In this document: one piece after another, positions 18,963 through 28,572 of the stretch
Layout of the letters: the number at the start of each line of letters is the position of its first letter
Position numbering within the stretch: position 1 is the first letter of the stretch
Assembly: GCA_008080735.1 (NCBI GenBank)
Contig: SHMW01000054.1
Span: 1-28,708 of the forward strand
Direction of reading: 5' to 3'
Length of the DNA: 28,708 nucleotides
Source: Promethearchaeota archaeon
GTDB taxonomy: Archaea; Asgardarchaeota; Lokiarchaeia; Sigyniarchaeales; SOKP01
Translations under genes and position numbers: made by a program
Notes under the pieces: model-generated
Database searches by the model: none
What the model was told of the DNA's origin: nothing
What the model saw: only the letters and a program-made list of their open reading frames with translations

Positions 18963-21900
18963 TTAATATGTTTTTTCAACCCAATTTTCTAATTCTAAAT
19001 ATAGCTTCTTTAAATTTTCGATATTCTCCTCAGAGGCATTCCAATATCCACGTTGCTCTGCTTGAAGCATATTTTTGACGATATCCATCATTGCAAATCG
19101 ATTATTCTCGGTTAATGCGTTGCGAATCTCCTCGTTTTCGATATATTGATGGTATGCCTTATCCCAAATCCAGTTATCTACTTTGTGCGTAGTAGCAGCA
19201 AGCCCTAACACATTTTCAACTCGTTCCGCGACCTTTTGTCCCCCATGATATTTATGTTTCAGTAGTCCTTTAATCCATTCTGGATTTAACGTACGCGTTA
19301 TCGTCCCTTCTTTTATACTCTTTTCCAAGGTATCTACTCGTATATCTTTAGTTGAAGAGTCAGCAATATAGACGTTAGCATTTTCACCCGTCAGTTCTTC
19401 AAAACTACGAGCTAAGCCACCAGTAAATTCATAATAATGGTCTAAATCGGTAATATGATATTCACTTGAATCTCTTATTTGACTCATCAGATTGATTTTT
19501 CCCACTGATTTAGAAAAGGATTCAAAACTTCGGCATACTTTTTGGTTTTTCATATATGCAAAGCACATATTATTTAGATAATCATTCGCTAATTCTTTTT
19601 CTTCTCCCCATTCTCCACCAGAGATAATATCTGTTATGTTTGTATTATACTTTCCTGGTGGGGGTCCATATACACGAGCCTCAGGAAATTCTATATTTTC
19701 AGCTTTTAATTCTTCTATGGATTTTTTAACATAATTCTGATTATTTGGCTCATTTAAATTCGAAACAAGATCAACTGCTTTATTTATCAACTCTAATATG
19801 TACGGAAAGGTATCTCTGAAAATACCTCCGATCGTGGTGATAACGTTTATTCTGGGATGTTCCATCTCATCTAAAGGGATCACCTCGAGTTCGGTTGTCC
19901 ATATGGATTTGTTTTTAACTGCTCGGACACCAAGATAATTGAAAATTTGTCCAATTGTTTCTCCTCCTGTTTTCATCGTCTCAAAGGCCCATAATACAAC
20001 ACTTACAGACTCAGGGAATTCTCCTTTTTCCTTCTTATAATCTTCGAGTAAAGATTCTGCAATCTCGCCCCCTCTTCTATATGCTGTTGAATTCGGTATT
20101 AATCTGGGATCAAAACCATAAGAATTTCGGCCCGTAGGAAAAATATGTGGAGATCTAATCGGATCCCCCCCTAAACCAGGTTTAATATACCCGCCTTCAA
20201 GTGCGTGAATAATATTTTCCGTTTCTCGAGAACTTTCTATGTCAATATCTAAATTAAACACCCATTCAGTTAATTTTTCAATATCATCCTCAGATATATT
20301 CAATTCATCAGCCATATCTTTATCAAGCTGATCAATAATATCATCTAAATCGAAAAGTTTCTCTTTATATTCGTAAAACTTAGTTAGAAATAATCGAATT
20401 CTCTCTGATGTTTGAGCTGAACCTGTGTCCAAATTTTCTAGGATTTCATCTAATTGAGGGATTTCACCAGAATTCAACAAGATCATCTCAATAAGATCGA
20501 TTTTCTCATCTGTGCTATATGATTCTCCAAGGATATGCAACCCCATAGGAATTATAGATGTCTTGTATCGATATAATAAATCCTCTAATTCCGTGATATT
20601 TTCATACTCTAATTCCAGAATTTTTGCGAGCTCATGAATATCTTGTTTGAGATCCAATAATCGTTCAGATTGAACTGAATTTTGAGATTCTTTTATATTA
20701 AGATCGGTTTTTGAATGATATTCTTCTAGTAGTAATTCCAATTGTTCAATTTCCTCATATAAATCCGTATTTTTAAAAGAAGGTCCCGCATGATTGATAA
20801 TTAAGGAATTAGCGCGTCTTTTGGCAATTGCGGATTCGCTAGTGTTTGTCACGTGATAATAATAAATATTGGGAAGTTTTCCAATAAGATTGATATTATA
20901 ATCATCCCAACCACCCGCACATTCTCTTCCGGGAAGAAATTCTTCTGTACCGTGAGTACCGATATGAATAATTGCATCAACATCCAATTCTCGTTCGATA
21001 TATCTATAAAAAGCTAAATATTGGTGGTGTGGGGGAAGATTACGGTCATGATATTCATTTGGATCACCAGAAACTGTGCTTCGTGCGGGTTGTAAACAGA
21101 GATAAATATTCCCATATTGAATTATAGGTAATTTGATACTGGAGTTTTCGATCATAATTTTACCAATTGGCTCTCCCCAAAATTCAATGACTTCTTCTTG
21201 TAATTCTTCCGGAAGTTGATTGAAAAATTGGATATATTCTTTTTTATTAAAAAGGATTCCGTTAAATTGATCAACATTAGTAAATTTCGGACAATTAGCT
21301 GCTCCTCCCTCGATAAAAATATCTCCTAAGGTCTTCTCCTCTGGGAAACCGTCGGCTTGGTATCCTTCACGTTTTAATGAGGTCAAAAGATTCCGAATGG
21401 ATTCAGTCACATCTAAGTATGCAGCATTTCCTATTTTATCTTCTCCCGGAGGATAGTTATACACAATTATTGCTACCCTCTTCTCTGAATTTAATTTTTT
21501 CCGGAGACCAAGCCATTTTTTAACACGTTCGGTGGTGAGTTGAATATTTTGTTCTAATGGGACAACTTCCATTACATCAGAGTCAATAACTTCCGAGTAA
21601 CCTAAACTTCGCATACATCCTACCGTCATCATCTCAAACCGACCATCTAATTCAGGCATTACCACCGCAATGATTTGATTTATGGGTATAATACCCTCTT
21701 GAGAAGTTCTATAATCCTCTATAGGATTATCAAATTGTATTACAGGATTGAATTGAGGTACATTTAATTTCTGATATAAATCTAAGGTTTTTGAAGAATC
21801 TCCCCCAAAGGGTCCTCCATTGAGTTGGAAATATTGTAAATTTATTATAGCACTTACTAAACTTTTCCCATTCTTGAAAAAGAATTCTTGGTGTGCTTCT

Positions 21901-22775
21901 ACATTAGTAAGCACATCGGAAAAAACGGGAAGCACGTTATAATCGTTTAAATATTCCATAAATCGTTCTATAATTGGAAGAGATTGTTCAAAATATAGTC
22001 CACCATAAAAAAATAGCCCAATTGTTTGCTTACTTGGATCATAATTGATATCTACTAAGTAATCATCCAAATCTTCATAGTATTTATTTTTCTGAATATC
22101 ATATATTCCATAGGACGGAATTTTTTGTGGTTTGGGTACGTCTAAATCCTCAAATCCTAAGTAATTTTTAAGAAGGAATAAGATCATATTTTTATGATTT
22201 TCCGCAATTCCCCCGAGTCCATATACCCAATAATCCATCATTAAACCCCAGTATCTGGCGTGTTTCAACGCTTTAAATGGAAATATCTTTCCCATGAATT
22301 TAATTAGCTTTGTCATTCGTTGTCCAAACCTAACAGCATCAGTGAGATCGGGAATCTCATCCGTGCCATAGTCATCTGGGCCTGAAGAAGGAATTTTCTT
22401 GGCCATAAAGGAACCCATCTTCGTAAGCTTTCTTATTTCGCTGTTTCCACCGACAAGGGCAATGATTGCTTTATCTTTAAATAGATTTGGATTCTTTTCT
22501 TCCATTTCGTTATACGTATTTACTAAGATCTCCGCTGTGGGACAATTTCCTCTAATATCCAGAAGCATTATTTCTGAGTCATAAATATCCTCGATAAACT
22601 CCTCTTTAGGAATCTTACCGGAATCTACATCATTCAAAAAATATAATTTAAAATTAAAAACTTGTCCCAATTCTTTATAGATTTTTTGTATCCCTTCTGT
22701 CAACCATTTCACAAAAACAGAAGCAGAAACCAAGGTGATTTTTGGGATATCATTTTCTGAGTTTTTATCAACCAT
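18963..22775 (-). CDS. Class I chelatase large subunit (CobN / magnesium chelatase BchH-ChlH family)
   Basis: 1270 aa with VVMPELDG, YNYPPG, PPHHQYLAFY, HIGTHGTEEFLPG, SESAIAKRR, GGDPIRSP...PTGRN, ITDLDHYYEFTGG and TRTLNPEWIKG. Confidence 0.93.
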   Translation of the reverse strand: MVDKNSENDIPKITLVSASVFVKWLTEGIQKIYKELGQVFNFKLYFLNDVDSGKIPKEEFIEDIYDSEIMLLDIRGNCPTAEILVNTYNEMEEKNPNLFKDKAIIALVGGNSEIRKLTKMGSFMAKKIPSSGPDDYGTDEIPDLTDAVRFGQRMTKLIKFMGKIFPFKALKHARYWGLMMDYWVYGLGGIAENHKNMILFLLKNYLGFEDLDVPKPQKIPSYGIYDIQKNKYYEDLDDYLVDINYDPSKQTIGLFFYGGLYFEQSLPIIERFMEYLNDYNVLPVFSDVLTNVEAHQEFFFKNGKSLVSAIINLQYFQLNGGPFGGDSSKTLDLYQKLNVPQFNPVIQFDNPIEDYRTSQEGIIPINQIIAVVMPELDGRFEMMTVGCMRSLGYSEVIDSDVMEVVPLEQNIQLTTERVKKWLGLRKKLNSEKRVAIIVYNYPPGEDKIGNAAYLDVTESIRNLLTSLKREGYQADGFPEEKTLGDIFIEGGAANCPKFTNVDQFNGILFNKKEYIQFFNQLPEELQEEVIEFWGEPIGKIMIENSSIKLPIIQYGNIYLCLQPARSTVSGDPNEYHDRNLPPHHQYLAFYRYIERELDVDAIIHIGTHGTEEFLPGRECAGGWDDYNINLIGKLPNIYYYHVTNTSESAIAKRRANSLIINHAGPSFKNTDLYEEIEQLELLLEEYHSKTDLNIKESQNSVQSERLLDLKQDIHELAKILELEYENITELEDLLYRYKTSIIPMGLHILGESYSTDEKIDLIEMILLNSGEIPQLDEILENLDTGSAQTSERIRLFLTKFYEYKEKLFDLDDIIDQLDKDMADELNISEDDIEKLTEWVFNLDIDIESSRETENIIHALEGGYIKPGLGGDPIRSPHIFPTGRNSYGFDPRLIPNSTAYRRGGEIAESLLEDYKKEKGEFPESVSVVLWAFETMKTGGETIGQIFNYLGVRAVKNKSIWTTELEVIPLDEMEHPRINVITTIGGIFRDTFPYILELINKAVDLVSNLNEPNNQNYVKKSIEELKAENIEFPEARVYGPPPGKYNTNITDIISGGEWGEEKELANDYLNNMCFAYMKNQKVCRSFESFSKSVGKINLMSQIRDSSEYHITDLDHYYEFTGGLARSFEELTGENANVYIADSSTKDIRVDTLEKSIKEGTITRTLNPEWIKGLLKHKYHGGQKVAERVENVLGLAATTHKVDNWIWDKAYHQYIENEEIRNALTENNRFAMMDIVKNMLQAEQRGYWNASEENIENLKKLYLELENWVEKTY

Positions 22776-22787
22776 TTTTCTTTCTCT

Positions 22788-24758
22788 TTATGAGTTTTCA
22801 ATAAGGCCTTGCTTTTTTAGAATATTATTAAGTTCTTGCTCGTTCAGATTATCTATATGATAATAAACCGCATTGGAGGCTTCAGAAAGTTTCTTGTTAA
22901 TTCCCAATGGAACATCTGAGTTTTCAGTATCAATAATAATCATTTCTAACTCATTTTTGGCAATACAAGTGCCCGTGTTTATAAGATCTTCTATTGCATC
23001 CTTGTAATAGACATTACCCCGAGCATCCGATAATAAAACTATAAGCGGGATATAACCCGTATTTTTTCTTTTTTCTTCCATTGCTAATTCAATTGCTTTT
23101 GACAAGCCCTCCACCAAAGGTGTCGTTCCCCCCGTAGGAATCTCTTTTAATAACTTGTATGCTAAATCTGTACTTCTTGTTGGTGGCAATATAACCTCTG
23201 CCTTATCTTTTCTGAATACTACTAACGCTACTTTATCGCGATGAATATAATTTGTTTGTAAGATCGAAAAAATCGCACCTTTCACGGCTTCCATTCGGTT
23301 TTTAACGCCCATAGAGCCAGACGCGTCGACACAAAAGATTATTAGATAACTTGACTTGCCCATTCTCCGTTTTAAATGTATATGATCTTCTAATATAGTT
23401 AAAGCATCACCATTTTTTAAGGCATCTCGATTTTCTTTTTCTAATGCGGCTTTATTTAATGTTTCATTAAGCGCAATATCATGGGATGTCGTAAAATTAA
23501 AATTTCGAGGTTTATCCCCTCCAACATACTTTCCTCTAGAACTGCTTGTCGGATGGAGTATTCGTTTCCCTGACGTATTCATTTTTTCTCTAATTCGCTT
23601 GTCTTCAATTATCTTATCGGCATTTGTGTCTTTTCCAACTTTGAATACCTCTTCTCTCATATTTAAGATTTCTTCTGAAAGCATATCTTGATTAATTTCT
23701 TGTTCCTCCGCTGGTTCTTGATCGTAATTCTCTTCAATCATCTCATCAATTTTCTCCTCATCTAAAATTTGGTCTTCGAAGGGTAATCGTCGCATGCGAT
23801 GGCTGAGCGCTAGTCTCGCAGCAATTTTGATATCTTCTTCATTAACGTCCCTTCGTTCATTAAAAGCCGCAATAGTTTTTGAAGTCCGTGCGATCGTTAT
23901 ATCTGCTCGATGTCCATCTGTTTGGAATTCGATGCATAATGCAGCGATTTTTTTAAGTTGCTCTTCTGTAAGCGAAACCTCATTAAGTAACTCTTGGGCA
24001 TTTGTGATGCGTTCTCGTAATTTATCCTGCTCCACCTCGTAATCTTTACAAAATTGTTTTGGATTAGTCTGAAATTGTTCCACTCGTTTCACGATTTCTA
24101 CTCTTTCTTCAATATCTTGAATTCGTTCGACATTCACGCTCAATCCAAAACGGTCCAATAACTGCGGACGTAGGTTTCCCTCTTCTGGATTCATCGTTCC
24201 GACAAGAATGAAATTCGCAGGATGATGGAAACTGATTCCTTCTCTTTCAATAATATTAACACCCATCGCAGCACTGTCTAATAACACATCCGCGACATTA
24301 TCTGCCAATAAATTAACCTCGTCAATATAGAGTATGTTTCGATTCGCTTCCGCTAAGATCCCGGGCTCTAGTGCTTTAATGCCCTCTACAAGAGCTTTTT
24401 TTATATCGATAGTACCGACCACACGATCTTCTGTGGCATTAATGGGAAGAGTAATAACGCTCATCTTTTTTTCTGTGATATCCTCCTTTCCAATATGATG
24501 GTCAACATAATGTTCTTGGCATTTAACACACATTTCTTGCTCATCGTGAGGATTGCAATTAAATCGGCATTCTTGGATTATTTCAATCTTTGGTAATATA
24601 TCCGCTAAAGCTCTAACGGCGGTTGATTTCGCAGTTCCTTTCATCCCTTGGATTAACACACCGCCTATTTTCGGGTTGATGGCATTAAGAATAAGTGCCA
24701 ATTTCATCATCTCCTGCCCGACAATGGCTGTAAACGGATATATCTCATGACATGTCAT
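22788..24758 (-). CDS. chlD: Chelatase AAA+ subunit, ChlI/ChlD fusion with C-terminal vWA domain
   Basis: YPFTAIVGQ, Walker [17 protein letters not shown], Walker [29 protein letters not shown], an acidic linker, and MIDAS DASGSMG...GGTTPL...LSD. Ends 12 bp upstream of the large-subunit gene. Confidence 0.92.
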   Translation of the reverse strand: MTCHEIYPFTAIVGQEMMKLALILNAINPKIGGVLIQGMKGTAKSTAVRALADILPKIEIIQECRFNCNPHDEQEMCVKCQEHYVDHHIGKEDITEKKMSVITLPINATEDRVVGTIDIKKALVEGIKALEPGILAEANRNILYIDEVNLLADNVADVLLDSAAMGVNIIEREGISFHHPANFILVGTMNPEEGNLRPQLLDRFGLSVNVERIQDIEERVEIVKRVEQFQTNPKQFCKDYEVEQDKLRERITNAQELLNEVSLTEEQLKKIAALCIEFQTDGHRADITIARTSKTIAAFNERRDVNEEDIKIAARLALSHRMRRLPFEDQILDEEKIDEMIEENYDQEPAEEQEINQDMLSEEILNMREEVFKVGKDTNADKIIEDKRIREKMNTSGKRILHPTSSSRGKYVGGDKPRNFNFTTSHDIALNETLNKAALEKENRDALKNGDALTILEDHIHLKRRMGKSSYLIIFCVDASGSMGVKNRMEAVKGAIFSILQTNYIHRDKVALVVFRKDKAEVILPPTRSTDLAYKLLKEIPTGGTTPLVEGLSKAIELAMEEKRKNTGYIPLIVLLSDARGNVYYKDAIEDLINTGTCIAKNELEMIIIDTENSDVPLGINKKLSEASNAVYYHIDNLNEQELNNILKKQGLIENS

Positions 24759-24842
24759 TTTATTCTATCATCAATATTCTATTTCTATTTGAATTTGCTC
24801 TGAATATTCGATTGAATATTTTTATTTGAATATTATTTCTTT

Positions 24843-24870
24843 GTAATATTACATTTAATTTCAATACTAC
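24843..24870. promoter_or_regulatory. Putative NikR-type operator upstream of the chelatase operon
   Basis: GTAATA-ttacatttaatttcaa(16)-TACTAC, a 6-16-6 dyad 85 bp upstream of the chlD start. Confidence 0.5.
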
Positions 24871-24993
24871 TAGTGTTGGAGAAAATATGATCCCAAAGCA
24901 TATAACATTAAAGGATTAGAAACTCGATAAAATTGATCATATTTATCATTCCGTATCTAAGATATTCCACTAAATCAAAAAAGCGTCTTTTAT

Positions 24994-25059
24994 AAAGATA
25001 AGTGTGAAATCCATCTATAAGAGTAACAACAGTTTTTTCACACTTTCTTTCGTTTTTTT
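24994..25059 (+). other. Inverted repeat / hairpin followed by a T-tract (terminator-like or operator)
   Basis: AAGTGTGAAA (25000-25009) / TTTCACACTT (25036-25045), extendable by AAAGA/TCTTT with a 1-nt bulge, followed by CG and a T-run. Confidence 0.4.
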
Positions 25060-25320
25060 ATGAAATATAAGAACTTATTGATCTTTGAAAAAGCTGGTTC
25101 TATTTGAATGAAAGTGACTATTTTGTACAGAATTATATATAAAAATGAAAAAATCCTACAGATTCAATTCTAAAAATAGAAGTTTTAAATATAATGAAGA
25201 TCTTAGATATAATTCATAGTAATTAGGTGTGTATTTTGTACAATCGTGGTAAATAACACTTAGAAAACGTTTTATAAAAATACATTTAATTATTCAAAAA
25301 TTTATAAGAAAATTGATTCT

Positions 25321-27351
25321 ATGAGAAAAAACAAATATTATCTACTTTTATCGATAGCTATTGGGTTTTTACTTATCCCATCGGGTTTTATAGCATTTAG
25401 CTATTCTCCAAATGGTGAGATGGAAAACCCAAATTCTACTATAGATTTAAAAACAGCTTACAATTCGGAATATCCCATTGTTCTCTGTCCCGGATGGCTT
25501 GGTCAAGGCATTAGTATGATTAAAGTGTGGAATATTTTAGATGAGGCGGGATTTAATATGATAAATTTTAATGGCGCGTATAGTCCGACTGCAGATAAAA
25601 CTGTAAGTACAAAAGCAATTACTTATAGTCCGACTTATAATGGATGGAGCTTCAATGATAGAGATACAGATGGTATTCCAGAGTCCTCCGGGTATACTCA
25701 AATTAAGGGAGATAAATATAAGGACACCTACAATAATAATGAACTTGTAGTAAAAGGAGACGGAATTTGGTGGATTGCTGAACAGATACGTGATTATGTG
25801 TTTGACAAAGTTACCTTTACGGCACCTGGTTCTGCAGTGCTCTCTCCTTCCGAAACTGGAGATGGTACTTGGCATACCCCAAAAATTAACTTAATTACTC
25901 ATAGTATGGGGGGATTATTAAGCCGAACTCTATTAAAGAGAAATCTACTTTCTGGAAACAAATTTGAGCATATCATAAATATTCAAGCACCTCACTGGGG
26001 TGTACCTGTAGCAGATTGGGGCGCTGGAATGCCTGGAATTATTCAAGATATTGAACTCGGTATTATTAACAGTTTCGGACCATGGGCAGCAAGCGCGTGG
26101 GATATGCAAACCGATTCTCAATTTATGAAATGGTTAAGTGATTATGATTTTATTCATGAAGTGACCGATGTCGCTATTCAACCAGACAGCTGGTCTACCA
26201 TCGCGGGACATCCATGGCCGGATATATTCTTTTCCAATTTTCCAGGAAATGATATGAATAAGCCGGAAGATTTCCAAAATACGGGAACAACTGGTCCAGC
26301 ATTAACCACTGATTTAACCGGATTTGATGCGCTAGTCCCACAGGATGGGTCTTGGTTAATAGGATCCAATACCTATATTTGTGAGGATAACCATGGAACG
26401 GCACTGATGGGAGAATCTACTCTAAATATTCTCTTAGATATTCTCGGAAGCGGATATCATTTTGAAGGCGATAACATTCCATTAGTCGGAAACGCTTTTG
26501 TAAATATTATGGGCTTTTCGACCACAGAAAATATGGATGGTTGGCCTGATTATGGGGGAGAACCTTATTATAAAATATGGATCGATGCCGATGGAGATGC
26601 CTATACGAATGACTATATCTCCATTAGTGATAATCTTGATTCTGGCATTGGAGACCTTGATGCTGGGGAAGCATACCGAGAAACAGGTGATATATGTCAG
26701 AGCGATATGTTTAGCTTGGATGATTATGAGACTCCGTTCATAAATATTAAAATTGAAGTATGGGACGATGATTCATTAAACGCTGACGATCTCTGGGCAA
26801 CCTTTGAAGTAAAAGGAATCACTTTATCTTCAGATATCGACCAAGATGATTTTGAGTTTGTCGCGGAAGATGCTGATGGGAATAAGATCTGGTTCGAAGT
26901 GAACGGATTTACCAATGATGTAGCAAAAAGTAATGTCGCTCATCTACAAGTTCATCTGGATCATATAAAATACAATGATAATTATGAATCTGGCGGTGCT
27001 GAGATGTTCATTAAAACTTGGGCGGGAGATGGAAACCATCCAAAGTATTACGATAGAGATGATTTAGGTACGGTTGATGGAGTTGATGATGGAGAAACGG
27101 TGTATTGGGATGTAGAAATGTTTAAGGGCTATATTAAGAAAGATGCTCCACTGAAGATTCGTTGCGAGGCATGGGAAGATGACAGTTGGTCTAGTGATGA
27201 TGATTATCCTGCCTTCAATTGGTGGTCAGAAGATTGGGATGGATATATTGATGGAAGTCAGTGGGGTTGGTTCCCTTGGGACGCGAACGATTGTGAATAT
27301 CAAATTTGGTTCACCCTTCAAAATCCCGAATATGCCTTCAGTTTAAGCTGA
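25321..27351 (+). CDS. Secreted alpha/beta-hydrolase (lipase/esterase-like) with two acidic C2-like C-terminal domains
   Basis: Signal peptide MRKNKYYLLLSIAIGFLLIP, oxyanion region PIVLCPGWLG, nucleophile elbow LITHSMGG (Ser195), IQAPHWG, FDALVP (Asp) and DNHG (His). The C-terminus carries KIEVWDDDSLNADD and RCEAWEDDSWSSDD. Confidence 0.85.
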   Translation: MRKNKYYLLLSIAIGFLLIPSGFIAFSYSPNGEMENPNSTIDLKTAYNSEYPIVLCPGWLGQGISMIKVWNILDEAGFNMINFNGAYSPTADKTVSTKAITYSPTYNGWSFNDRDTDGIPESSGYTQIKGDKYKDTYNNNELVVKGDGIWWIAEQIRDYVFDKVTFTAPGSAVLSPSETGDGTWHTPKINLITHSMGGLLSRTLLKRNLLSGNKFEHIINIQAPHWGVPVADWGAGMPGIIQDIELGIINSFGPWAASAWDMQTDSQFMKWLSDYDFIHEVTDVAIQPDSWSTIAGHPWPDIFFSNFPGNDMNKPEDFQNTGTTGPALTTDLTGFDALVPQDGSWLIGSNTYICEDNHGTALMGESTLNILLDILGSGYHFEGDNIPLVGNAFVNIMGFSTTENMDGWPDYGGEPYYKIWIDADGDAYTNDYISISDNLDSGIGDLDAGEAYRETGDICQSDMFSLDDYETPFINIKIEVWDDDSLNADDLWATFEVKGITLSSDIDQDDFEFVAEDADGNKIWFEVNGFTNDVAKSNVAHLQVHLDHIKYNDNYESGGAEMFIKTWAGDGNHPKYYDRDDLGTVDGVDDGETVYWDVEMFKGYIKKDAPLKIRCEAWEDDSWSSDDDYPAFNWWSEDWDGYIDGSQWGWFPWDANDCEYQIWFTLQNPEYAFSLS

Positions 27352-27531
27352 GCTTAAAAATTTTTTATAATTCAATCTTTTTTTTATTTTATTAAAATAC
27401 TAGTTTTAACAGATGTTTTGTTTGCTAATTTAGTTATATTAATGTTTTAATTCCATTATTCTGAATAAAAATAATGATAAAAAAAAAGAAATAAAAGAGC
27501 AAGCATTGATGAAATATGGCAGTATTTTTAA

Positions 27532-27828
27532 TTACTTCGCTCTTTTATTCTTGAAATAGGTTATGAGGTAAAATACTCCTCCAATTATTATTGCTGCTAA
27601 TATCAAACCAATTAATCCAGCTACGTATTCATTTGTTATAAAGGAAAGAAAAGGAGTCCAAAGGGATTCGGGTTCTCCTACTCCACTATCCTCTAAAACG
27701 CGCTCTAGGCCGTCTGGATCCTCTGATAATATCCCTACAGTAAATCCGACCGAAAGCATGATCGCCAGCACCCCAAAAATGATAATAATCGAGATAATGG
27801 GCCATTTGTAGCGTTGCCAGTTCACCAT
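27532..27828 (-). CDS. nikN: PDGLE-domain membrane protein (NikN-like component of a metal ECF transporter)
   Basis: Two TM segments flanking SEDPDGLERV. Starts 3 bp downstream of the nikM stop. Confidence 0.85.
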   Translation of the reverse strand: MVNWQRYKWPIISIIIIFGVLAIMLSVGFTVGILSEDPDGLERVLEDSGVGEPESLWTPFLSFITNEYVAGLIGLILAAIIIGGVFYLITYFKNKRAK

Positions 27829-27831
27829 TTC

Positions 27832-28503
27832 TTATTGCACCCCCATTATGTTCTGCGTTATGATTAATGTGGGTTTAACTCTTAAAATATAATAGATAAT
27901 TAGTGCTGATATTATAGCCTCCCCTATCCCTATCAATAAATGCCAATAGACCATCGCGGGGATTGCTACGTTGTATGGAACCACATTTGAGATACCCAAT
28001 TCTATTCCGCATACGAAAGCTGCGAGTACGATGCTTACATAAGATCCAATTGCGGTGGAAATGGTAATTTTTACGGTTTTATCCATCGAGGTTTTATTAA
28101 ATACCTTAATAATACCTACAACGATATAAAATCCAATTATCCCACCGATGATTCCCATATTGAACGTATTAGCTCCTAAAGCTGTTATGCCTCCATCACC
28201 GAACAGACTTTGTACTAATAACACCAAAAATAGAATGATTACCGATGCCCAAGGTCCTAAGATTACCGCTACTAATGTACCTCCGACCAAGTGCCCTGAG
28301 GTGCCGCCAGGAACGGGATAATTTACGAATTGAAAGGCAAAAATGACCGCCGCTAAAACACCAATATACGGAACAAGCTTTTCCGAATCCTCTCGCTCGA
28401 ACATCTTACCCATTCGAAAATATCCCAGTACCATAATGAGAACTGTTACAATCCATAGGACAACAATACTCACCAAATCTAAAAGACCATCTGGTATATG
28501 CAA
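27832..28503 (-). CDS. nikM: ECF metal transporter S component, CbiM/NikM family (nickel-type)
   Basis: N-terminus MHIPDGLL (TTG start, AGGTGA RBS at 28511-28516), FAFQFVNYPVPGGTSGHLVGG, QSLFGDGGITALGANTFNM and HLLIGIGEAIIS. Confidence 0.9.
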   Translation of the reverse strand: MHIPDGLLDLVSIVVLWIVTVLIMVLGYFRMGKMFEREDSEKLVPYIGVLAAVIFAFQFVNYPVPGGTSGHLVGGTLVAVILGPWASVIILFLVLLVQSLFGDGGITALGANTFNMGIIGGIIGFYIVVGIIKVFNKTSMDKTVKITISTAIGSYVSIVLAAFVCGIELGISNVVPYNVAIPAMVYWHLLIGIGEAIISALIIYYILRVKPTLIITQNIMGVQ

Positions 28504-28572
28504 ATATTTATCACCTATAAGTTGATTTCAAATTGTGATTTTTTTTAATTCGAATTTAAATGTTACGGTCAT

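Noticed and set aside
23560-23790. Programmed -1 frameshift in the chlD linker to yield a separate ChlI subunit, as described for some chlD genes
   Set aside because: The ORF is continuous. The A6 run (AGA GAA AAA ATG) and GGG AAA C are not in the X XXY YYZ phase, and there is no long poly-A slippage tract. It cannot be fully excluded, but it is unsupported.
18963-24758. Evidence for (bacterio)chlorophyll synthesis or phototrophy
   Set aside because: No other bch/chl genes are in the window, and BchH/CobN-like and ChlID proteins are common in non-phototrophic archaea.
25119-25242. 11-bp direct repeat TATTTTGTACA at 25119 and 25232
   Set aside because: Only two short AT-rich copies 113 bp apart. 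This is plausible by chance and is not an array.
24759-25320. Cobalamin riboswitch upstream of the chelatase operon (also checked upstream of nikM)
   Set aside because: No B12-box or GGGAA-type conserved elements were recognised, and the region is too AT-rich.
188-28525. Short ORFs in the track that overlap longer genes (e.g. 188-409, 2660-3052, 4077-4346, 12062-12298, 14757-15032, 16817-17215, 18251-18517, 23794-24042, 25537-25875, 26537-26743, 28343-28525)
   Set aside because: They are antisense or out-of-frame shadows of well-supported genes and have no recognisable motifs.
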